Positions 1-12,700 of a stretch of DNA of 64,000 nt are shown piece after piece. The stretch lies in NCBI GenBank assembly GCA_011109175.1, contig RDEW01000082.1, forward strand, positions 67,876 through 131,875. Direction: 5' to 3'. The notes beneath the pieces are model-generated. The model saw only the letters and a list, made by a program, of their open reading frames with translations, was not told the DNA's origin and made no database searches. Numbering within the stretch: position 1 is the first letter of the stretch; each line of letters starts with the position of its first letter. Both the position numbers and the translations under genes were made by a program. The stretch comes from Dicyema japonicum. Lineage: Eukaryota; Animalia; Dicyemida.

Positions 1-1349
1 TTACCTTTCGTTAAGTTATCGCTTTATAAATAGCTCCTGAGTGTTCTGCGATGATATTCGCTAGCTCGTTCTGATCCGCAATTCGTCCCCCATTTTTGTC
101 ATTGAGATTACTGAACTACTAGTTGGTTGAAAGCACTCCTGCGTAACCCATAGGCAAATGAATACTTAAGCTTCCGCATGTGCCGTGCTTTTTATTATTT
201 GTTCTTCAAGTTTTCTCCATGCAACATTCCTTCTCTCACGCTTCCTAGTTCATCGATGTCGTCCGCTATTTTCATTTCCACCAATTTGGGCATAATCTTG
301 ACCCAGGCAGAGAGGAAGCGTAGTTTATTTCGTTCACGAAAGCCCCCAGTTACATTCTGATTGAATAAACCTTCATAATGAGGTCACATTGTCACCACAT
401 CGATTCGAAAAATATGCTCAAGCTGACAGCGAGATTTTGTCACCACAGCTGATATCTGTGGTATTCGTCAAGTTAGTCAAGATCTGCTTTTGAACGTTCC
501 CCAAGTTCCTGAGTTTGTATAGAGGATCGGTTTTACGAACGAATGAAATAGACGTATCCGGAGACGTGCCAAAGACTCAAATCTTTTTCACTGTACTGGG
601 TCACTAGTTAACAATAAAAATATCAAATATCAATTAAATTAATTAAAATATTATTTTTTTCAAATATTATTTCCTAAATATTTTTCACAGTGTAAAGGTT
701 TTTCCAGGCAAGGGGGCTGAAGGTCCCTAGTTCATATCCCTATGCTTTGGCTTGACGAGTGAAGCCTCCATCAGTGAACTTGTTACTGCGGAACGGATTG
801 TCTATAAAGGAAATACACCAAACAAATATAAAAAAGAAGCGAAGAGCATTCCTTGGTTCTCCCTCTACGATAAGTTATAGTAACTGTTCTTCGCTTAAAT
901 AAAGTGTGTGTCCAGTCTGAGCGGAGCTATAGCTAACATAGCTGCGTATAAATTCAGTTTTTTTATTTCCTAAAATAATATTGATAGTTAAGTTACTTGA
1001 ATAACATAAATTTAAATAAATAAAAGATACTCAATTTTTGTAAATAAGTCTTGCAAAGTTGGGATGACGACATCATCCGAATCTCCACTCGTATAGATAT
1101 ATAATTGGTTCTCCAAACCACCGATTTGTCAGATATGCAACTCTGCCGAAGAAAATAGAACATTTACTGTAACAAACTATGAATTTAATCCAGCAATATA
1201 ATTAGGAAACTGAAGGACCCATAAGGTAATTCTGTAGCCAAGTCAGACGATTGGGTTTCATTCAGCATTTAAAAGAAAAGTTGGAAGAAATATTTGTTAA
1301 TCCCTTGACAGGTCCTGTGTCTCCAAATGTTTAGATTCAATCCCGAAAT

Positions 1350-2326
1350 ATGAGTGTTAGAGGAAAAGTGATTTTGACTTTGTTGATTACTTCAGTTATT
1401 TCACTCAATATTACGGGAATCTTCTTCCTGTTGGAGAGTCTCTTTGCTGGTAGTGTGTGGTTATTTAATAGGTCCGTTCACAAGGAAATCGGTGGACATT
1501 CAATATGATTATCAAACTACATTTACTCCCAGTTGGTGGGTTAGCAATCACTGGAATGCCGTCTTTGTGTGGTTTGGGTTCTTTATGGTCTACTGTTTGT
1601 CCACTACTATAAGGAGAATCCATTATAATCAACGTTCCAAAGTGAAGCTTAGAACCCGGATATTTGTGTGAAGAACCACGAATGGGAGTTATTCACCCAA
1701 TCGTTTACTTGTCGATTACCGCCATATTTCTGATATTGTTGGTTTATCTGTTCTTGTGGGACATGCTTCTCTTCCGTGGTTGTGTCGTTTTATTGATCTC
1801 CTGTATTCTATCCCACTATGCTTATTACTTGTTCGCTTACCACATGAAACAAGTGGATGTCGACTTATTTGATTATAACAAGGTCACAGATGTGTGGCTT
1901 GTACGAGTCCTTGGGTTGAATGGCCTTGGCCTTCTTACCAGTTGGCTTACATTTCTATGTCTGCTAAACCTTTCCGTTGCTGTTGTTTACCAGGATGGGG
2001 GAAGTCCAACAGGCGTCAACCGTGAAGTTGCTGGAAATATATCTGGCATATTTTATTCTGGATGGATTTTGATCACTCTCCTTCTTGATTTGTTTATGCT
2101 TAAAGGCATCGCGAGGTATGTCATACTTCACTATATTTCTGCGATGGTGTGTGGATGTGGAATTGTTACGTCCCATCCTTCAGGTCATGGAAACTCTCCG
2201 TGGGTTGGATTTGTCATAATAGGATTAGCTGGGGTTGCTTTTGTTGCTAAACTGACTGTCGATGTTTGGCGTTATTTCAAAACCAAATCATCTCCAAGAA
2301 TAGTTGAATCAAACTTACTTAACTAA
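1350..2326 (+). CDS. Multi-pass membrane protein, TspO/MBR-like animal family
   Basis: ATG at 1350. GT-AG introns 1450-1471 (22 nt) and 1634-1652 (19 nt) join MSVRGKVILTLLITSVISLNITGIFFLLESLFAG-PFTRKS..TPSWWVSNHWNAVFVW.. to the 220-aa ORF. The motifs TPSWW, LFLWD and VRVLGLNGLGLLTSWLTFLCLLNLSVAVVY resemble the TPAGxTFxIW and NGxxxYxTW motifs of that family (recalled, not searched). Confidence 0.6.
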
Positions 2327-2399
2327 TGTTTTTTAATTTTTTGGCTTAGTTTCTCAGATTTGGCATAATCTCTCTTATTTTGGTTCTAATTTGATTTTA

Positions 2400-3330
2400 G
2401 TCGGGGTACTTTACATAGCTCGCACCATGGTGGATACTCAGAGAGTTTCATACAATTCATCACCTATGAAGCTAGTACAGGTAGATACTCCGGGCTCTCC
2501 GTCTCGCCGTTCCAGGGAGGCTGGCTGCAACATTGGGAGTTCTGTCAGACCAGTAACGTTTAACGACATCATTCAGTTAAGTTCGGGAACCCCAGCGCTT
2601 CTTCGCCAAGATAGCGTCCTATGCATCGACAGTCATCGGACCAAAAATGATGTACTTTTTCTATTTTTCGGGGGTTAGTCCTAATAATCGCTTATCGAAT
2701 TCAAATCTCATTAATGGGTAATCAACCTCAAGGGTACAACCTCTTCTCTTATAGGAGTTATCTACCAACTCATCCTATTCAAAGTCTCCATTCTGATGCC
2801 CTCAGAACTACCTTATCCACGTGTTGATTGGAAGAGGAAATAATTCTTGTTAGATACCTTCATTCCAGATTCAATTACCGTACCCTCCAAAGTTTTCTTC
2901 AATACTACTGCTTGGATATAAGTCCTCATTGTTTCTTCCAATAGAAATTATATTCTAATATTCCAACTTCCAAATTGCAAAAGAATATCATCGTTGAAAA
3001 TTCTAACACGGATACCTTGTCTGTCTGCATGTTTGGTGTCCGTCCGCAGTATCTAGTTTTAGAGATAAGGCAATTCTCTGTGGTCCCAAAGTAAAGCAAA
3101 GGGGATTTTTATGATATCGAAATAGGAATAGAGACGACGAGAGAACGGTACCCAAGTTAGAAGATGTTGAAAATTGATTTTGTGTGTTAAAATAGGATTT
3201 TATGACTTGAATTAGGTCAAATTTTTGACAAGGCAAATTATAACGTGAATTCTCCCACCAAACAGCCTCCATCTTGACTCCAAGAGCCTATGATATTGAA
3301 CGTTAAGAGGGAGAAGCCTTGTCCTTGAAT
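2400..3330 (+). mobile_element. Degenerate LINE endonuclease-region remnant
   Basis: Stop-riddled reading with ELPYPRVDW (like GDFNYPxIDW). Its end (3262-3330) recurs at 33365-33430. Confidence 0.35.
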
Positions 3331-3439
3331 TCCGTGTAGTCATATATTTTTAACTTAATTCATCACCTTAGTAATAATTATCGCAACCAAAAGAAACATT
3401 TTTTTTTAAAAATAATAAAAAAGTTTTTTTTTTAAATGT

Positions 3440-3570
3440 CGGAAGAATGCTTGCCAGAAAAAAGGGATCAACGAGAGGGTTCTGACTGAGACAAAGATTT
3501 CAATGGTTATATTCCGAGGGAACTATTTCACGATCCAGGCAGCAGGCTTCCTCAATTAACATTAGTTTCT
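3440..3570 (+). mobile_element. CRE-clade non-LTR retrotransposon 3' end
   Basis: Homologous to 19820-19930 and 60215-60400, which encode QKIGIAILRGNS, the C-terminus of the restriction-like endonuclease (RLE). Confidence 0.6.
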
Positions 3571-4264
3571 TTGTTAAATAAGTTTTTTTTAAATACCAGT
3601 TTATTTTTTTGTAAAATACTAGTAAATTGATTATTAAATAAATATATCAAATTCCAATTTTGTGGATTTTTACTAAATAGCATTTATGGTAATGGTGCTT
3701 TATAGTACCCCTAAAGCATTTATTACCCAATAAGCAATTATAACCCCAAGACCTAGACATCGGTCCCCTTTTTTCGGAGATAAAAACAAATTTTTGATTT
3801 TGTCTAAAAACGTGATTGGCGTAGAGGAGAGACGAATATGGGGCACCTTGACATCAATTCTCCTCCCCATTTTAAATTAACCTCCTTTGAAGCTTCTTTA
3901 TTTAAAGTATCCAGTGATAAAGGATACCGTAACTCCCTTTTCCGTAATCTCTTCCAACAATGAACACGACTTTTTTTTGGTTCAATACACCTATTTCTGA
4001 AGGAATTCTCACGGGATTTGATTCGTCGTGCGAAATTGATCCACAACATTAGCAATCTTAGATAAAACCATATTTAGTAAAACATAGGTCAGTCGTCGAT
4101 CATCGCTTATGTCCAGAATAATTTTAATAATGAAGTCAAGAGAACTGTCATGTCAATCAAAAGATTAGTCAATCTCATTATGTGAACGAACAAAGTGAAT
4201 TCTTGACACATTTTTTTAAATTCCAGAAAATAGATTTCATTTATAAATCAGATTTCGCTTTACA

Positions 4265-5600
4265 ATGAAAATGCTATTTTTCTATATTTTCTTTTTTGAC
4301 TGTTCTGGTAACTCGCTTGAATTTGGTAAATCGATGTTGACACTTTAAATAGAACCACAGGATATAAGAGCCAACTTTGAAGGTCATGGCTACTACATCT
4401 ACTACGATGACGGAGAAGAATTTATTCAAGAACACCATACGTTTGCATGTATGCCTCACTATCTGGCGATCATTAATAGCCAAGCTGAACTTAAGTTTTT
4501 ATCTTGTATGGTGATAGAGTTATTAAAATAGATTTACTAGACAAATATTTTTGGATAAACGGAAAAACATTAAATGGTGAGAATAAATTATATAATGGAT
4601 CTCGTATGGTTGAATTTAATAATCATCAAGCCTTATTCAAGAATTCTAAGTTATTATAATCAGAATAAATCTTACGGAATATATGTAGAATCATGTTCAT
4701 TAGAAATGAGAGTTCAAAATATCAACACGAAGATGAAAGGTGTTTGCGAAAAGGGTTAGATATATTTTTTGTTTCAGATACCATATTTTCTGGAGCAAAG
4801 AGTTTCAAGGCGAATGAATTTGATAATATAACCGAGAGAAAATCTTACTTACATACAATGAAACAGGGTTTATAGGTTCACATGAAAATATACAATACTT
4901 TTACTACGATGACCACATCTATATGCATATAAAGAAATATATGACTATTAATGAAATTACCAAGAGTGCACAAAACACTCTGCTACCCTTTTATTGATTA
5001 AGAGTCAATCAGAGAATGAATTTGTTGGGAGTATTTTCTATAAATATAAACTCAGAAATTATGTCCGGAAGCTCATTTATTGGAGTTTCCGTTGATGTGG
5101 GTTATCAAAATTGGCAATGTGATGATGCTAAAAGAAAGGTGCAAAACTCTCAAACTCCAAATGCAGCAGTCATGGATCATTGTAATGGTCATTGGAGATA
5201 TATTTCTGATAGACGTGAAATTCATTATGGATTATGTGTGTCTAGTTTAATTCTTTACTAATTTTTAAAGATAGCCTAGATTTATTACTGACTCTAAAAT
5301 TCCTATTTCCTTTTCCGTCGAGTTTTAAGTTTGAAGAGATTTTAAAAAATTTCAACAGAAACTCTACAGCTATAAATAAAGGAGCTTCAACAAAAGTTAA
5401 TTCCACATCTTTAACTAAAGAAGCTTCAAAAGGGGTTATTTTAATATTGATTTTAGAGCTTTCAATGCAGAAAAATCATATTAGTAAAAATATTCTTTGT
5501 AATCTTTTTCTCCAGTATCGCCATTCAGTCATTGACAGTTCTCTTGATTGATAAAATATTTAAAAAAGGACATAATGTATGTGTCATCACTAACCAATAA
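4265..5600 (+). CDS. Tandem C-type-lectin-like domain type I membrane protein, paralog 1
   Basis: Seven GT-AG micro-introns (e.g. 4326-4352, 4506-4531, 4609-4630, 5435-5456) give signal peptide MKMLFFYIFFFDCSG, domain 1 (YLAIINSQAELKFLS..FWING..GVCEK), domain 2 (ATLLLIKSQSENEFV..SFIG..CNGHW..GLCV), TM IILVKIFFVIFFSSIAIQSLTVLLI and tail ending TNQ*. Two single-base deletions are needed near 4858 and 4963. Confidence 0.75.
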
Positions 5601-6179
5601 TTATAATTTCTCGGTAGTCCACTACTAAATCTCGGATTTCATGTTAATTTTTATTTTATTAATACTAAGTAGCACAAAAAATTATGTCAGAATGCACTTA
5701 TTATTGATCTTTAGGTTGCATTCAGATTATATGTTCTTGAAGAATACTCCCTACGCTGTAGCCAATAAACCAAACTTCCCCCTTTTCAGTGAACCACCTA
5801 AAATGTTGCTTTTAATAGCCATGAGATCGCCCAGAGTTGCCGTTCTCATGTTTCTTTGAATCAAATCTCACGTGGATCCTTGATGACCCTTTGGATCATG
5901 GAGCCCGACAGAATAGATCTTCAGCTGCTGGACCAAGGATTCCTGATATCTCAACAGCAAATGTGACAAAAAAGTGATCCTCCGTAATGCTTCAGTACTT
6001 CCTTCTCTTCTGATCCTCGGCTTGCTTAGAAGCATGACCTAGATCCGAGAGTGAAGCGGCCTAATTTGGCTATTTTTCAGATTGTGAAGGTAATAAATAT
6101 ACTATTTTCTTGGTAATGAATATATATTTTTTCATGTAGTTAGTTAATAGCACTCCCGCGTTGCCATAAGCACGTAAAA

Positions 6180-6580
6180 TGCCCAGGGTTTCGCTCGTGC
6201 CGTACACTCGACTATCCTCCCAGTCAGCCTCTCATCTAGCTCAGTTCCTCACGTGTTTACTAATATCCTCAAGATCGTCTCCAGTTTTGAGTTGACCGCC
6301 AATTCGTGCGTGATCGTTGTTAAGGCAGAGGGGAAGCATACATCTTGGCCCACCTCGAAATCCAATTCCATGATTTGAATAGTAATCTCCATGATTTGAT
6401 TGCAAGGAATCACTTCGTCCATTCTCAGAACATGTCCGAAAAGTCGCCAGCGTGAGGTAATTACTTCTCTGCTTATCGGTTTGCATTTACATAATTTGTA
6501 GAGAGTGTCGTTTTTGATAATCTGTGGCCATTTGATTCCCGCAATTTTTATCAATTGATTGCTATGAATTTTTTTCATAT
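6180..6580 (-). mobile_element. RTE-clade LINE 3' fragment
   Basis: IAGIKWPQIIKNDTLY..RWRLFGHVLRM, a typical RTE ORF C-terminus. Same family as 26690-26880 and 62862-63260. Confidence 0.75.
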
Positions 6581-6599
6581 ATCAGAATAAAAAAATGTA

Positions 6600-7100
6600 A
6601 TACGTATACTTTTACTTCATTCCATGTGTAAAGTACCTTCCATAAATTCACAAAATTCCCTTATCCATGTAATTCAAAATAAGGCTTTTCCTATGATAAT
6701 GCTTAATGTTCTTGATTATGCCTGCATCCATTGGTTGATGAACAGTTGTGTTTTTTGGAGGAATAAAAATTGATTTCTTTCCTTTCTATCTTTAAATGAA
6801 ATTGTTTTAGAAGGGAAAGATTGAGATTCAGTTCACCATTGTTAAGAAAAAAAATTTATATGAGATAATTCACAGTCATTTTTGATGTATTTTGCTTTCA
6901 CAGATCATTCTTTTCTATGAAATATAAAATTCTTACCTTTTTTAAACCACGTGGCACAACAAGATTTTAAATTTAAAATGTAAATTCAATTAAATGTAGA
7001 ATAAAAACAAAATAAATTAATTCGAAATTATTAATAAATGTCTTTCAGATTGGGAATAAGAAAGTTCGGATTATTGAAGTTCGGATTGGGGGTTTACTGT
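6600..7100 (-). mobile_element. pogo/Tigger-like DNA transposon remnant
   Basis: The minus strand reads PPKNTTVHQPMDAGIIKNIKHYHRK (pogo DDE motif). Terminus CAGTAAACCCCCCAATCCGAAC ends at 7100 next to TA. Confidence 0.65.
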
Positions 7101-7479
7101 ATTTACCAATAAACTTATTTTAATTAATTTAAATAAAAAACGTGTAACTTTTCGATGGGACTTGTATAAAAATATAATATAAATAGAACTATTTATTTTA
7201 TAATATTATAGGATCCACTTAAACCCTTGTGTTTGCAATTTGCTGTGGATTTTTCTGATAAAGTGATGAAGCTTATTAGAATAAGCAAAACGCATACATC
7301 CTCAATCACTAGGAAAAGATATTGAATTTTTAGAAGACGCCTCATTTTTTGAAGCTGAGGTTAATACAAAGGTACTTTTTGGGCCCGAAGCACATAACAT
7401 GTCACGGGTCATTCCTAAGGCAACGATTGGCGTCGAGCTTCTGAGTCCCTTTTGACTTTGTGGATGATGACGTGATGAC

Positions 7480-8720
7480 TTACTTGACAAGATAAGGATG
7501 ACATACCCCCTTGACGCACAAAATAGAGCGCTTCACAAGCGGAGGGGGGAGACTCCGAACCATCAAGGTCTGACTTCGTTCAGGTGGCGAGGCAGAAAGG
7601 ATCTGCCTGTAGAAGGGTCACTTTAGGCTCGGTGTGACTATAGAGCGAGCTACAGGAATCCAGTGCTAAAGCTGCTAAGGATTCGGTCACACCAGATCCC
7701 GATGTACTTATAAAGAAAAGTGCCTAAATTGCGAAGCCCACATTCGCGGAAGGCCTGCCAATCAAAAGACAGGTATCTCAAGTTCGTGAACTATGGCGAG
7801 GCAGAACACAGGGCGAGCCATTCAAGATGCCCCCTGTAACAAAAGGCTATTGATAAGTTACTACAGTTGAGAAGGCATGCGCCCTCCCCTGGATTGGTTA
7901 TTGATGTAAGCACTATCCATCGCATGGTAAAAGGTTATCGCTGCACTACCGGATCTTCTTTCCCAAATGCTCTTGGGGATACCGCGTTGTGGTATATGAA
8001 GGAGAATGCGCCGAAACAATGCTCAACATTGTTTCGATGAAAGTCAGGTCCCTCTAGAGGAGAAGGATGGCTCTTCTTGATACCCTGGAAGCCGACATCT
8101 TGTCCTCAACGAGACCAAGTGCAAGGATACGGTTGCTGCAGACTTTAGAGGCTACACTAGTTGTCATCTCTTATGGAATGATGCACAACGAGGTTTGGGC
8201 ACTAGTATCCATTGGAGAACGAGTCTCGCAGCAGTCGTCCAAGGTACCTCATCCTGTTCTCATTGTGACTTATCTTGATACGCGTTAGGCTACCCTGTTT
8301 TTCAGTTGTTATTGGGGCAATATATGACACGCAGTTGTGGTTGTGTTAGGATCACATTAAGACTGTCTTCGACATACATCCCCATTGCGTTGTATTTGGT
8401 GATCTGAATGCTAGCCACTCAGCTGTTTCCGCAATAATAAAGGGGGATCAGCTCTACACGACTGGCTAGAGAGAGTGTTAAAGAGTAAGAGTTATCAGAA
8501 GTTGATGAAATAAAAAGAATGATGAATGAATTCGCACACAGACTGAAAGCCGAACATTCGGAACGCATGCGCCGCATTCTTAGGCTCGCTGAAAAGTTTT
8601 CATTTTTGATAAATCTGGATTCACTTGATGCTGAAAACAAGGGACATTTGACATATCTTCTCTCCACGAAGATATCGTTGACAGTTTTTTTTCGAGGTGG
8701 AAACAGTACTGCGAAGGAAC
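7480..8720 (+). mobile_element. Degenerate LINE: ORF1 zinc knuckle and APE endonuclease remnant
   Basis: KCLNCESPH..C knuckle near 7725 and VVFGDLNASHS near 8395, with many stops. Confidence 0.55.
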
Positions 8721-10406
8721 AGTTACATAACTAATCGATGAGGATGAACTAAGGAATGCTCTTCACTTATTTTTTTGTTGTTGGATGTGAGTCCTCTATA
8801 GAATATCCTGTTCTGCAGTGAGGAGTTCACTGATGACGACCTCTCTCGTCAAGCCAAAAGTATAAAACATTTTATACCATTTGGATTCCCAAAGTATAGC
8901 TTACCTTTTTTATTTTCGACCTTATCAATATATTCACGACTGTTCCCCCAATTGTTATTGTTCTTCAATAATTCTCTGTAGCCTGTCATCTTATCTCAAA
9001 AAATATCCCCATTAATTAAAAATTAAAATTATTTTAAAGACCAAGGATAACCAAACTAACTAACTCCTTGATTCTGACTCGTTGCAACATTCCAGAACTT
9101 GTCTCCAGTTCACGACATTGTCCACCAGAAAAGAATAGTTGGATCCTCTTGATGCCGGCCAGGAATTGGGCGTCTCTACAGTGAGGTGGATTTAATGATG
9201 CCATCGGAAGGAAAATAATTTATGACCAACTAGCCACATAGCATCACACGGCGCCACACGCCAAATTAAAAAATTAATGAAAACAACATACATGACCTAC
9301 ATGTTTCGTCAACCACAGACATAACTAAATTTGAAGGATTTTTACTCCCACTATAAATTACAGTGTAATCTAAATCAATGCATCCACAACGATCCATCAT
9401 CAAACGATATGGAATTTTGAGCCCAGCTATATCAATATGAGTTCAATAAACCACCAGTCTGTTTGGACTAATTTTTCTCAAAGCAGAGGATCAATTAACT
9501 TGGCTACTAGAGTGACGTCATGTCTTTTTTAAAAAAACTAGATGATCAATGCATCAAAAGTTTTAACGATTGAGATATTTTAGTTGAATAAAAATATACA
9601 TTTCGAATCTAATTGAATTTCACAGGAACTAAGTAGATTTTCGTCTAAATAGGTTATTCTTATTCAATAGGCTCAAACTCATATATTGCCCATTCTTCTA
9701 TAGTTGAACCATTGGACGTTGTATAAGAGTCTCACGCACTTTAGTCTCCATAAAAGGTCGAGAAAAAGGGCGTTAAAAACCAAGGAATATTGAATGGATC
9801 ATATAAAGCATTACACGTTTTTACAAGAGTCACATCATCACCTCTGACATCTTCACTGGCAAATCGGTTGTGACTACTCTATAATATTTGGAGTTGACTT
9901 TAGAAGAATAAGGTTCAATTCAGTTCTAGTTTTTTTTAATGACGCAAATCAGTCAAGACATCCATTCAGTTTAAAAGAAACCAATAACTAACGATAATCT
10001 CGAAGAGAATGCAGAATACTGGAGATCCAATGATAAGGATACCGTTACTCATTTTCCGTAATCTCTTCAAACCTTAAAGACGACTTTTTGTGTTTCAATA
10101 CACTTATTTCTGAAGAAATCCTTATGGGATTTGATTCTTTGAGCGAAACTGATCGACAACATTACAATCTTAGATAACACCATATTCAGTAAAATATAGG
10201 TCAATCGTCGATCATCGCTTATTTAACTGGTGTTTAACTGATGGACTCCACAATCGTCTCAGAATAATTTTAATGATGCAAGTCAAGAGAACTGTCAATC
10301 AAAACCTGTCAAAACGAACAAAATTAATTCCTGAAAATTGACAAATTTTTTTTAAATTCCAGAAAATAGATTTTATTTATAAATCAGATTTCGCTTCACG
10401 ATTAGA

Positions 10407-11650
10407 ATGCGATACTTCTATATTCTCCTTTTTGACTTGATTCAATTTGGTAAATCAATGTTAACACCAAATGATATAACAGCGAACTTTGAAGATCATG
10501 GCTATTACATCAGTAATAAAGAAAATGGTCAAAAAGACTTTATGCTTTCATGTATGCCTGACAATCTGGTGATCATAAATAGCGAAGCTGAACTTATATT
10601 TTTATCTTGTATGGTTTTAGAGTATTTAAAATAGCTCTATTGAAGACAAATTTTTGGATAAACGGAAAAACATTAAATGGTGAAAATAAATTATATAATG
10701 GATCTCGCATGGTTTGGAATTTAATAATCATCAAGCCTTATTCAAGAATTCTAAGTTATTATAATCAGAATAAATCTTACGGAATATATGTAGAATCATG
10801 TTCATTAGAAATGAGAGTTCAAAATATCAACACGAAGATGAAAGGTGTTTGCGAAAAGGGTTAGATATATTTTTTGTTTCAGATAGCATGATTCTTGATC
10901 CTAATACTACCGTGGAGAATACTAAAACCAAGAAAATAGTATTTACAGAGAATTTAGGTCCAAAAATACTATATTTTTACAACTATGACCACATCATTTT
11001 GCATATTGTGGAATATATGAATTTTACTGAAATGACCCAAAAATGCACAAAATACTTTGCTACCCTTCTATTGATTAAGAGTCAATCTGATAATGATTTA
11101 GTTAACGGTATTTTCTATAAATATAAACTCAGAAATAATGTTCGGAAGCTCATTTATTGGAGTTTCTGTTGATGTGGGTTATCAAAATTGGGAATCTGAT
11201 GATGCTAAAAGAAAGGTGCAAAACTCTCAAACTCCAAATGCAGCAGTCATGGATCGTTGTAATGGTCAATGGAGACCTATTTCTGATAAAAGTGAAATTC
11301 ATTATGGTTTTTGTGTGTCTTGTTTAATTCTTTATCAATTTTTAAAGATAGCCTGGATTTATTACTGACTCTGAAATTCATATTACCTTTACCGCCGGAT
11401 GCAAAAATTGACATATCAAAGTTCAAAAAAAGTCCAAACTCTAAATGTGTAAATAAGATCGACGAAAATCTTAACTCTATAACTAAAAATAAACAAGTTT
11501 CAAAAGAAGTTAATTTAAGATTGATTTTAGAGCGTTCAAAACAGAATATTTATGTTAATCATAATATTCTTTGGAGTTTTTATATCTTGTTTCGCCGTTC
11601 AGACATTGACAGTTTGCTTATCCTATCAAAAATTTAAAATCGAAACATAA
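10407..11650 (+). CDS. Tandem C-type-lectin-like domain type I membrane protein, paralog 2 (frame intact through the TM helix)
   Basis: Same micro-intron positions as paralog 1 (22-26 nt, e.g. 10860-10882). Reads signal peptide, two CTLD-like domains, stalk, TM IFMLIIIFFGVFISCFAVQTLTVCLSY, then QKFKIET*, with no frameshift. Confidence 0.8.
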
Positions 11651-12099
11651 TGTATGTGTAAAATTAAACTTAGTTCATCACTAACCAATAATTATAATTC
11701 TCGGTAATTCACTAATAAATCCTGGATTTCATGTGATTTTTTATTTTATTAATAATAAATAGCACAAAGAATTATCTCATAATGCACTAATTATTTATCT
11801 ATTGGTTGCATGCAGATCATATGTTTTTGGGGAATACTCCCTATTATTGTAGTAGTAAACCAAACTTCCCCCTTTTCAGTGAACCGCATAAAATTTTTCT
11901 TGTAATGGTTACAAGACTGGTCCGAGTTATCATTTTCCGGTTTCTTTGACTCGTATGTTGTTGATATTACAATTGTTTCACCCCATCTGTAAGTCATCCA
12001 CTTATTACATGTTTCTGACGAGGTGATAATTTTTTTAATTACGGATTTTTTAATTATGATAATTTTTTTCAAATAAAAATTATAAATTATTAATAGACT

Positions 12100-12557
12100 A
12101 GTCGATAATCCAATGACAGAAGAAGTTGTCAACTTAGACATGGAACTACCCACTGAAATCCCAAAGATTGGGAATCATTTCTCGTTGAGCAATACCAAAC
12201 AGTCTCAGCTTCTGAGAATAATGACAGTGACTCAGATTCTGATAAGCAAACAGAGCCAAAACAGAGAAATTAACACGCACAAATGTTCAACAAATGCTAG
12301 ATCAAATCTGCCACTTTGCTTGCACTCAAGACCCTGCATTACTCGATCCCGTCAACAGACTGATTTATCTTAACAATAAAGAGATTGCTGAATCGAAGCA
12401 AAATACGAGGCAATCCTTAATGACAGATTTCTATAATCCTACTGTTTCACTTTTTCGTTATAAGTAAATTTAGTGACTTGTTCAATATACCGGCCTCCCC
12501 TCTATACCGGACAATTCTGTCGGTCCCGAGAGGAATCGGTTTAGAGGGATTTGACTG
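12100..12557 (+). mobile_element. pogo/Tigger-like 3' end
   Basis: KQNTRQSLMTDFY (like the Tigger C-terminus) and a terminal ..GATTTGACTG followed by TA at 12558. Confidence 0.35.
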
Positions 12558-12700
12558 TAATGTCATATTCGTATTCCATGTGAATTGATTAACGAGTCTA
12601 CCAATATTTAAAAATTTGGTTGCAGCCCGGTACCCAGTGGCGTGCCTAGGGGGATAGGGGTAGCCACCTCGGTTTCATCATAAACAAGCTCGACTGCAAG

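Noticed and set aside
4500-4535. TAG after ..LLK shared by all four lectin copies, first read as a common nonsense mutation or recoding site
   Set aside because: It is the AG acceptor of a 26-nt intron, and splicing restores the frame in every copy.
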